Positions 56,126 to 64,000 of a DNA stretch of 64,000 nucleotides are shown one piece after another (position 1 is the stretch's first letter; each line of letters starts with the position of its first letter). Source of the stretch: a virus (Duplodnaviria; Caudoviricetes). The notes below the pieces were generated by a model that saw nothing but the letters and a program-made list of their open reading frames with translations, was not told the DNA's origin and ran no database searches. Made by a program: the position numbers and the translations under genes. Location: the IMG/VR virus record IMGVR_UViG_3300029288_000065, positions 32,001 to 96,000 of that record. One strand, written 5' to 3'.

Positions 56126-57055
56126 ATGCGAATCGAAGGACGTCGAACTCTAGTAACAGGTGGTGCTGGATTCGTTGGATCATTTCTCTGCCCAATGCTT
56201 CGTACAAAAGATCTCTTCGTACCACGCCGGAGAGATTATGACCTAACAGAGATAAGCCAAGTACGAAAATTATTTGACGATACGAAACCAGAAATAGTGG
56301 TACACTTGGCAGCAGAGGTAGGCGGGATTGGTGCTAATCGTGCCAATCCAGGACGATTCTTTTTTGCTAACATGGCAATGGGTCTGAACCTTATTGAAGA
56401 GTCAAGAAAGCGTGGAGTTGAGAAGTTTGTACAAATCGGGACAATTTGTGCATATCCGAAGTTTACACCTGTTCCATTCTTGGAAGAAAATCTTTGGAAT
56501 GGATATCCAGAGGAGACAAATGCTCCATATGGGGTAGCAAAGAAAGCACTTTTGGTGATGCTCCAGGCTTATAGAGAGCAATATAATTTCAATGGGATAT
56601 ATCTTCTTCCTGTAAATCTTTATGGTCCTGGTGATAATTTCGATCCAAAAACCAGTCATGTAATTCCTGCGTTAATCAGGAAGTGTGTTGAGGCCAAAGA
56701 GTCTGGTGCGTCTGAAGTAAGGTGTTGGGGATCTGGTGAGGCTAGTCGTGAATTTTTGTACGTTTCTGATTGTGCAAACGCTATTCGGATGGCTCTTGAC
56801 ATCTATGATGGACCAGAGCCTGTAAATTTGGGTGTTGGTTTTGAAATTAAGATTAGAGACCTGGCTGAGAAGATAGCCAAGTTGACTGGTTTTACAGGGA
56901 AGTTGGTTTGGGATAGAGAGCAGCCTGACGGACAGCCAAGAAGGTGTCTTGATACTACACGGGCCAAGAAGCTTTTTGGTTTTAAGGCTCAGATTGATCT
57001 TGATGTTGGTTTAAACAGAACTATACAATGGTTTAGATCATGCCAGAGCCATTAG
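56126..57055 (+). CDS. fcl: GDP-L-fucose synthase (GDP-4-keto-6-deoxymannose epimerase/reductase)
   Basis: [47 protein letters not shown]...[30 protein letters not shown]. Confidence 0.93.
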   Translation: MRIEGRRTLVTGGAGFVGSFLCPMLRTKDLFVPRRRDYDLTEISQVRKLFDDTKPEIVVHLAAEVGGIGANRANPGRFFFANMAMGLNLIEESRKRGVEKFVQIGTICAYPKFTPVPFLEENLWNGYPEETNAPYGVAKKALLVMLQAYREQYNFNGIYLLPVNLYGPGDNFDPKTSHVIPALIRKCVEAKESGASEVRCWGSGEASREFLYVSDCANAIRMALDIYDGPEPVNLGVGFEIKIRDLAEKIAKLTGFTGKLVWDREQPDGQPRRCLDTTRAKKLFGFKAQIDLDVGLNRTIQWFRSCQSH

Positions 57056-58182
57056 CTTCATTACTTCGTCCAAAGTCATTTGATCAAATTATTGGTCAGT
57101 CACACCTTATTGGTGTTGACAAACCGTTTCGTAAGATGATTGAAAATAAGCGATTAATGAGTTGTATCCTTTTTGGACCGAATGGGTGTGGAAAGTCTTC
57201 TTTGATGTCTGTAATTTCAAGCTTTTATAAGACATTCTCTTTTAATGCTACGACGTTCTCGACCAAAGAGCTAAGAAAGGTTATAGATTCTGAGGATATA
57301 TCTGTTGTACAGATTGATGAGTGTTACCGTCTTACTGCCACCCAGGCCGATGTACTTTTACCTCATATTGAGAATGGGAAGATTGTTTTTGTTGGGAGTA
57401 CGGTTGAGAATCCTTTCCATACTCTAAGAAGATCACTTTTATCAAGGTGTCAGATTTTTACTCTTGAGCCGTTGTCTGAGAAGGAATTGATGATGTTAAT
57501 TGTAAAGGGTGTTAAGCATTATCGAGAGAAACAGATTCTTATTATTGATTCTGATGCAGTGAAATATATGGCGCGTGTGTCTTGTGGTGATGGAAGGAAG
57601 GCTTTGTGCCTTCTGGAGATGGCCAAGGAGATTTCTGGTGATATATCTCTTGAGGCTGTCAAAACCATTGCGCCGTCCAAGTATGTTATTTATGATGAGG
57701 GTTTTAAGTATGATTATGCTTCTGCTTTCCAGGGAAGTATTCAACATAGTGATCCACATGCGGCTGTTTATTGGTTAGCGAAGTGGTTGGAATCTGGTGA
57801 GGACCCCAGATATATTGCCAGACGTTTGTTGGTTTCTGCTGCTGAGGATGCTGCTGGAAATCCTATTTGTACTGCTGTTGCTCATGCTGCTTATACTGCG
57901 GCTTGTGAGGTTGGTCGTCCTGAATGCGATATTGTGTTGTCTCAGGCTACTGTTTTGGTTGCTTCGTCAGTTAGGGATAAATCTGCTGCCATTGCTATTT
58001 GGTCTGCGTTGAAGGATGTTCGTGAGGGGGTTGATGTTCAGGTCCCTGTTTCAATGAAGGATTCACATTATCCTGGTGCTGAGAAGTTGGGTTTTGGGGC
58101 ATATCATGATGGGATGAATCAATCTGCATATGTTGGTGTGAACAAGAAATATTATTTTCCAAAGGGCACTGTTGACAAATGA
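57040..58182 (+). CDS. rarA: Replication-associated recombination protein A (RarA/MgsA AAA+ ATPase)
   Basis: [60 protein letters not shown]. Confidence 0.9.
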   Translation: MPEPLASLLRPKSFDQIIGQSHLIGVDKPFRKMIENKRLMSCILFGPNGCGKSSLMSVISSFYKTFSFNATTFSTKELRKVIDSEDISVVQIDECYRLTATQADVLLPHIENGKIVFVGSTVENPFHTLRRSLLSRCQIFTLEPLSEKELMMLIVKGVKHYREKQILIIDSDAVKYMARVSCGDGRKALCLLEMAKEISGDISLEAVKTIAPSKYVIYDEGFKYDYASAFQGSIQHSDPHAAVYWLAKWLESGEDPRYIARRLLVSAAEDAAGNPICTAVAHAAYTAACEVGRPECDIVLSQATVLVASSVRDKSAAIAIWSALKDVREGVDVQVPVSMKDSHYPGAEKLGFGAYHDGMNQSAYVGVNKKYYFPKGTVDK

Positions 58183-58329
58183 ATGTATTATAGCCAGTAT
58201 TTAGGTGTTTTGTGGTTTGTTTACATCGACTGCAATAACGGTTTTCTAGAGTATTATTCCTACTCCTCATAATATAAATTTGGCTGATGATACATAAGCA
58301 AAGAAAATATATTTAGTAAGGAGTAGAAA

Positions 58330-61083
58330 ATGAGCGTCCTAAAAGCGCAGAATCATGAGGTGCGAAATAGTTTTCAAAAACGGTTGGATATATTATTGGA
58401 AGAAAATGAGGAATTTCTAAACGTAATTAGGAAGGAATTACCAACAAAAAAGGGGAAAATTACAGAAAGACCACCAACATCAATGCAAGGTATGTCAGTC
58501 CGTTATTATAATGGTATGAAATTTTTCGTGACACCACCTGAGAATAATTTATCTCTGGTTTACGGGAAAAATGGGCTTGCTGGATTCTTAATCAGTAATA
58601 GAGCAATAAAACAAGATTCTGGAAAATTTTCACCAGAAGGGTTAAACAAGGTTATTTTCCAAGCAGTTTATAACCCAGAAGAAATCCAAGCAGATAAGGA
58701 TAAAGCAAAAAATTTAATTATCAGGTTATGGAATAACCCACATGATAACCAAGCTGAAGAAGAACTTATGTCATTGGGTCTTGGTGCTTTCGATGTGATA
58801 AAACAGAAGCTTCGTGAATTGGTTGGGGTAGTTGATACTCCACCAACAGAACGAGAAGCCCCAAAGGCAAAGAAGGGTACTGTAGATCTCCCAACAGAAA
58901 TAGGAAGACCTCTTTGGGATATTCAGAAAAAGCTTAGATCTATCCCACCAGGCGAGAAGGAATCTGAAGAAGCAAAGAAAATTCTAAAAGAAAAAGAATT
59001 AAGCGATTTGATGGATAGATTCACAGCATCACCCACAAATAAGGACTTATTCAATCAGGTAATAAAAACAACTGTTGAGAGGGGCTTATTACCAGAAAAT
59101 AACGCAGCTGAATTACAACAACGTTATGATGCTTTCTTAAAGTCATTACCAGAAATTGAGGAGGAACCGAAGAGTGAAGCACCGAAACCAGAGAGAACGG
59201 TTTCGGGGATGCCACCAAAGAACGCAGCAACAATGTTGCGAAAATTATTCGCGAAAGAAGCTATTAATAAGAATGATGAATTACTGAAAAGCATTCTGAA
59301 GAGAGTTCAGAGTGCTTTTACTGGTTTAAGTGGTATTATGAAGATATATGAGAAGTTACTCGTTGGTACCGAATATGAAGGGGTTATTCAGAGGAAGAAA
59401 GCAGAATTTTTTGAAGCGTTGAAAAGTCATAAGTATGAACTTCAGAGATCACAAGCAGATCCAAGAATGGCTCAGGCAAGTAGAGCTACTTATGACGATA
59501 AAGTAGAGATGGAAACGAATCGATTAGCTACAGAAATCCTGGCTATCTTAAAAGAAGCTATTGAAAAACTATCATATTCACCAGATGAGGAAACAGCAAA
59601 TAAATTTTCAAATTTGAAACCTATATTATTGGATTTAACGATTCCATTAGGACGACTCTCTGCCGGTGTCCCAACGAAGACAATTGAATCTCCGAGTACT
59701 GAAGGATTACCAGAGGGACCAACTCCTGAGGCTCCATCACAGATTTCTACGTTCAATACCGATGAAGATATAAAGAAGTTGGTTGGTAGTGGTGTTCTAC
59801 CACAACAACTATTGGAATATACTCCTGAAGGTCGTCAGAAATATATTCTAGATCTGATTTCGTTTGAAAATCCTAATAGAAATGAATATATTGATAAGAT
59901 CCCAGGTAGTATTATTAATAGCATTATTGGTGGATCTTCGGATACAGATTTTAGGCCCTTTATCTTTGGTGCTGGCTGGGAAGATGACAGGCCCAAAGCC
60001 AAGGAAAAGAAAAAGAATATAGATGATTTAAATGTTGAGAAGTCGTTGGGTAAACCTTTTGAAACCGCAGGAGCAGAAACGCATAATTTGGAGGGATGGA
60101 TACAGATTTTCCAAGAAAGGGCTGGTGTTCCTTTTAGACTTGATTCTGGTATTCCAAAGGATGTACAAGCCAAAGAATTCCCATTGGTAATCAAGGGTAC
60201 TATAAAGCATGCTTTGGATGCTGCTTTAAAAGAAGTTGATCTAGCTTCTGTGATTCAAAAAGGTGCTGTCAATGTTGGTACCACGGGTAGAATTGCACAA
60301 ATTCAGGCTCGAGAACATCTACCAGCAGCTGATGATCCCTATATTGCCAAGTATACTCAAGGTTTGAAAGATCCACATAAATATATTGGATATATTATAA
60401 AATTTAGAAATCCAGTGAATCCAAATGAGTGGACACGTGTTTCACGAGGGATGGAGAATATTTGGAAGAATAAGATTAAGATTGCTCCAGATTATGAACG
60501 TGCATTCCTTCGTTTTCAGGATTTCAGAGATCCAGAAGAGGGGGATCCAAGCGGTAAGAGGAGTGTTGATGCGATTGTAGACAATATGAAGTCCACCAAG
60601 GGTGGTCTTGGTGGTTGGGAATTTGATGTTGTCCCAACTTCCGTTCCAAATCCTTTTTTGAAAACAAAACCTGGTGAACGTGTTGTGGCTACTGGTACAA
60701 CTGGGATTGAAAAACCATCGTTGGTAAAGACTACTGCACCAAAAAGGGAATTGTCTCCGATAAAGATGGTTGGTGGTGAGTTTGATTTGGGTGAACAACC
60801 TTCTTCTTTAAAGGCATTGGGTCTTCCTGGTAGTGAGCCAAAAGTTGAACCACCACCGGTTGTGTCTGCTGAACTTGGTTCAAGTCCTGGCAAATTATCT
60901 CCTACACCACCAATTAAACCTCCAAAGTCATCGTACAATCCGTATATGGTTCCTCCTGAATTGAAGGTGAAGAAGTTGCCGATGAAAGCTCCTACTCCTC
61001 CAATTCCTTCTGGATTACCAAAATTGGCATTACAAAGTCCTAAGAAAACAGAAAGTCCGTTAAAAGCAAGGAAGAAAGAATGA
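58330..61083 (+). CDS. Large hypothetical protein (internal head protein candidate) with an STN-like segment
   Basis: AAATA motif and AAGGAG SD; N-terminal ILLEE; Pro/Lys-rich tail. Confidence 0.55.
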   Translation: MSVLKAQNHEVRNSFQKRLDILLEENEEFLNVIRKELPTKKGKITERPPTSMQGMSVRYYNGMKFFVTPPENNLSLVYGKNGLAGFLISNRAIKQDSGKFSPEGLNKVIFQAVYNPEEIQADKDKAKNLIIRLWNNPHDNQAEEELMSLGLGAFDVIKQKLRELVGVVDTPPTEREAPKAKKGTVDLPTEIGRPLWDIQKKLRSIPPGEKESEEAKKILKEKELSDLMDRFTASPTNKDLFNQVIKTTVERGLLPENNAAELQQRYDAFLKSLPEIEEEPKSEAPKPERTVSGMPPKNAATMLRKLFAKEAINKNDELLKSILKRVQSAFTGLSGIMKIYEKLLVGTEYEGVIQRKKAEFFEALKSHKYELQRSQADPRMAQASRATYDDKVEMETNRLATEILAILKEAIEKLSYSPDEETANKFSNLKPILLDLTIPLGRLSAGVPTKTIESPSTEGLPEGPTPEAPSQISTFNTDEDIKKLVGSGVLPQQLLEYTPEGRQKYILDLISFENPNRNEYIDKIPGSIINSIIGGSSDTDFRPFIFGAGWEDDRPKAKEKKKNIDDLNVEKSLGKPFETAGAETHNLEGWIQIFQERAGVPFRLDSGIPKDVQAKEFPLVIKGTIKHALDAALKEVDLASVIQKGAVNVGTTGRIAQIQAREHLPAADDPYIAKYTQGLKDPHKYIGYIIKFRNPVNPNEWTRVSRGMENIWKNKIKIAPDYERAFLRFQDFRDPEEGDPSGKRSVDAIVDNMKSTKGGLGGWEFDVVPTSVPNPFLKTKPGERVVATGTTGIEKPSLVKTTAPKRELSPIKMVGGEFDLGEQPSSLKALGLPGSEPKVEPPPVVSAELGSSPGKLSPTPPIKPPKSSYNPYMVPPELKVKKLPMKAPTPPIPSGLPKLALQSPKKTESPLKARKKE

Positions 61084-61107
61084 AATATATAAAAATTGGA
61101 GGAATAC

Positions 61108-63579
61108 ATGTTACCCGTTGAACCTTTTGATGGAATGATATTTATAGATCAATTCCAGATAAAGTGGATTTATAATTCTTCTCTAAATTGTTGGCAGCAT
61201 TCTGGAAAAGTTGATAATATTCCACCAGCCGATTCACAGACAACTGGATTACTCACAAAAGATAAAAAAACAATGATAGATGGTATTCCACCAAAAGGTG
61301 GTGGATATGCAATTATCACAAAACCTCTTCTTGGAAAATTTAGGTCAACGAGTAATCCTGATAGTGTACTTTTCGGATTTGTTGATATGAAGAGTGATAG
61401 TCTCGTTATTTCTTGTGTGGATGCCGAAGGAAATGTAATAACAAGAGAAAATTGTAGTACGCCACCACAGTTTAAAGAAACAGATACATTCCCACCTGGT
61501 TTTTCGTTTGACTTTTCAGCACCTTTTATTGATTCACTTTGTATAGAAATCCCAGGAGGACCAGGACCACGTGGTCTTCGGGGTGAACGCGGGAAAACAG
61601 GAAGTGATGGAACAGGCGATGGCCCACAAGGAGACACAGGAAAACCAGGAACAGATGCTGTTACGCATTGGATACTTTCTGGTGTGAAGATAATTGAGAC
61701 TGATGAAATTTTCGAGACCGCTGTTGTTGCTCTGGATCTAAAAGCTGGAGACGGAAAATTAATTGTAACAAAAGGAAAAGTAAAGCTTCCTTCTGATTCT
61801 GATACTCCTGTAGAAGAGTTTTTGGCATCAAGAATCCAAAGAACAATAAAATGGGGGAAATGTTTCTCATATACTCTGAATGCTACCCCCTGTGTCGCTT
61901 CTGATCCAAATTCAGCATCCTTTTCAGAATTTCTTGAAGAAGACCCCATTATAGCATTTTATCCAGAATCTTTTCTACCAGAAAATAAGGAAATAACAAA
62001 ATATCAACCTGTCAGAGCGAAGTTGAGCGATCTTATAAATGATATTATTACATTTTACAACACGAAACTTGGTGAGGCTTCTGAGAAATGGGATAAGCAG
62101 ATCGAGGATTTTATTGTTACTCAGGATAAGGCTGCTCGTGCTGTTCTCGATGACCTTGCAAATCAACTTGCAGCTTGTGAACAAAAGAATACAATGGAAT
62201 TTTGTTTGGGAATCAATAGAGATTGCTGCGATCAAAACATCGCTACTGTAAATGACCCAGCTTACACTACTATCCTTGAAGAATTGGGTTACGATCCGAA
62301 AACAGCGAAGACAACCAATTTGAGTCTAACTGAAATTTCTGCTAGTAGTTCTCCTGTATTCTCGTTTGATTCTCTACCTGCGTATGGGCTTCCTGGTGAT
62401 TTAAGTGGTGGTTTGGTTGTTGATTCTTCTTGTACTCCATCTGATGGGGTTGGTTGTTGGTGTCAATTTAAAAATGGTTCATTATCATTTGTTCCTTCAG
62501 GAACGTTTATTCCAAGAGATACTATTATATATAATGGTCCTTGGGGATGTGGTATACTACCGCCGAAGATTAGATTGGTTACTACACCTGATGCAGCCAA
62601 TCCGACACAGATTGCGATTCTTGCTGATTTACAAGCGCAGATGGATGCCACTGGTGCTTCACCATCAGAGATAATTCGATTACAACAGGAAATAAACAAG
62701 ATTTTGGATGGCTTCCCTGGTGTAAACACATATTCTCATTATCTCCAGAATTGGATTAATGCATTTAGCACAAATCTAGAAAATGGTTATTTGGCTTATA
62801 ATAAAACACAGATATTGTATACAGGCGGTGGTCCGGAATTCCCAATTGGTACGTTTGCATTCTCTTATATATCTGGTGCATTTTCGCAAGCAATTCTTAA
62901 TGATGCAAATAGATGGGGATATCAACCACAAGATGATGTGTTTATTCATGGGCCTTTCCAGAAATATTGGGTTGGAAATGAGGGTGGGAGTACTGGACGA
63001 GGACCTTTCTTTATCCTCAATCCTTATAATAGGTCAATTCGCATGTTGTATAATTCGAAGATGGTTACTGATGAGATAGGTTTGGAGATTGGTTTTGCAC
63101 CTATAGGTTATGCAGATCAAACTCCTGGTGATTATTTCTCTACTTATGCATATAATGGAAACGCCCAGTATCAACCATTCGAAACTCCTGTTAAAAATGT
63201 TGCAACAACAAAAATGGATGCTGCTGTTATTGCCATGGAAAATAATATTACTTGGTACCCATTCCCAACTATCGGTGGTGCAAAGGATGATCCTGGCCAT
63301 ATAGAATATGCTTATGGGCAAAAATCGCTTTCAGAAAAATCTGTAGTAGTAACTACTACGACACCTGGATACTTTTTTGCTAGAGTTAAATTGGCATATA
63401 GCGCTACAAATTTCTTTGGTTCTTTGATGATGCCTCCGAATGATCTTTATAATACAAAGGAATTTACTACGAATAGGGTGTTAGTTTATGAGGAAGGGAG
63501 ATTTACTGCTCCTACATTTGTGTCAGAGCCTGTTGCAATTGGATCCGTAAAAATACAGGCATTACGGATAGAGGCATAA
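61108..63579 (+). CDS. Tail fibre-like protein with short collagen-like segment
   Basis: PxxPFDGMIF N-terminus, TGLLTKDKK, GPRGLRGERGKTGSDG..GPQGDTGKPG; GGAGG SD. Confidence 0.6.
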   Translation: MLPVEPFDGMIFIDQFQIKWIYNSSLNCWQHSGKVDNIPPADSQTTGLLTKDKKTMIDGIPPKGGGYAIITKPLLGKFRSTSNPDSVLFGFVDMKSDSLVISCVDAEGNVITRENCSTPPQFKETDTFPPGFSFDFSAPFIDSLCIEIPGGPGPRGLRGERGKTGSDGTGDGPQGDTGKPGTDAVTHWILSGVKIIETDEIFETAVVALDLKAGDGKLIVTKGKVKLPSDSDTPVEEFLASRIQRTIKWGKCFSYTLNATPCVASDPNSASFSEFLEEDPIIAFYPESFLPENKEITKYQPVRAKLSDLINDIITFYNTKLGEASEKWDKQIEDFIVTQDKAARAVLDDLANQLAACEQKNTMEFCLGINRDCCDQNIATVNDPAYTTILEELGYDPKTAKTTNLSLTEISASSSPVFSFDSLPAYGLPGDLSGGLVVDSSCTPSDGVGCWCQFKNGSLSFVPSGTFIPRDTIIYNGPWGCGILPPKIRLVTTPDAANPTQIAILADLQAQMDATGASPSEIIRLQQEINKILDGFPGVNTYSHYLQNWINAFSTNLENGYLAYNKTQILYTGGGPEFPIGTFAFSYISGAFSQAILNDANRWGYQPQDDVFIHGPFQKYWVGNEGGSTGRGPFFILNPYNRSIRMLYNSKMVTDEIGLEIGFAPIGYADQTPGDYFSTYAYNGNAQYQPFETPVKNVATTKMDAAVIAMENNITWYPFPTIGGAKDDPGHIEYAYGQKSLSEKSVVVTTTTPGYFFARVKLAYSATNFFGSLMMPPNDLYNTKEFTTNRVLVYEEGRFTAPTFVSEPVAIGSVKIQALRIEA

Positions 63580-63580
63580 A

Positions 63581-64000
63581 ATGAATTTAAATTTTCCACC
63601 AAACCCTCCAGATGGAATGATTTTTGAATTGACTCCTGACGTGTATTATCAATTTGACAAAAAACAGAATACTTGGGTAAAGCTTGCTGGTTTTGAAATG
63701 ACAGTTGATGTTGCTACACCTTTAGCTGATGGCTTAATGTCAGCCGATGATTATAAGAAAATTAACAGACTTCTTATTCCTCCGCCACACACAACTTTAA
63801 GATCAGTATTTTGTGATATAATCTGGGATTCTGGAACTTTTGGTTTTAGGTCCAATAGTGAAGATATTTTCATTGATTTTGAATTACCGCTCGTTGAAAC
63901 AGATAAGAATGGTTTTCAGACAGCTACTAATCAAGTATTCCAAATCCATGAGAATACCTATGGTATGAATTTTAGAGTTAATATGGTCCAACTTTATCAG
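63581..64000 (+). CDS. Tail fibre-like paralog, runs off the window
   Basis: Manual translation: MNLNFPPNPPDGMIFELTPDVYYQFDKKQNTW...ATPLADGLMSADDYKKI. Confidence 0.65.
   Translation, partial: MNLNFPPNPPDGMIFELTPDVYYQFDKKQNTWVKLAGFEMTVDVATPLADGLMSADDYKKINRLLIPPPHTTLRSVFCDIIWDSGTFGFRSNSEDIFIDFELPLVETDKNGFQTATNQVFQIHENTYGMNFRVNMVQLYQ

Noticed and set aside
57995-58270. - strand ORF with CSRC..CQQC
   Set aside because: About two thirds overlaps rarA antisense and the tail looks non-coding; a real small Zn-ribbon gene cannot be excluded, but support is insufficient.
60516-61949. Long - strand ORFs 60516..61109 and 61170..61949
   Set aside because: Antisense shadows of Pro/Gly-rich + strand genes that have SD and motif support.
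1-64000. CRISPR array, DGR, integrase/transposase or stop-codon reassignment
   Set aside because: No regularly spaced repeats and no RT/recombinase motifs were seen; core genes are full length in the standard code and TAA, TAG and TGA all serve as stops.

Overview
This is a 64-kb, AT-rich, densely coding fragment of a large T4-like myophage genome using the standard genetic code; no rRNA, canonical tRNA or CRISPR array was seen. The left third is a T4-type core block: two tail-tube paralogs, gp26/gp51-like tail/baseplate assembly genes, UvsW helicase, a gp55-like late sigma factor, terminase, portal, a 1138-aa acidic prohead-core candidate, gp21 protease, gp22 scaffold and gp23 major capsid protein (MCP). 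An HNH-endonuclease/DNA-methyltransferase fusion follows, with its ribosome-binding site buried in a perfect 22-bp hairpin. The rest mixes hyperplastic clusters of small ORFans (~22-31 kb, ~48.7-53 kb), enzymes (family-4 UDG, dUTPase, adenosine deaminase, metacaspase, RarA), large baseplate/tail proteins (one with a dockerin-like EF-hand pair) and a dispersed glycosylation set (GT4, GT9-like, GT10 fucosyltransferase, GDP-L-fucose synthase). Most notable signals: (1) about 15 otherwise dissimilar small ORFs share a short [hydrophobic]-[DE]-[ILY]-[ASGNC]-[DN]-P-x-x-D motif; (2) one of them begins with a protein-level-conserved copy of the MCP segment equivalent to the T4 Gol peptide; (3) a candidate virion fucosylation pathway; (4) two promoter-like motif classes, several placed 7 nt upstream of SD-less start codons; (5) a candidate +1/-2 frameshift joining the gp26- and gp51-like ORFs. 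All family assignments come from motif recognition by eye; no database search was run.
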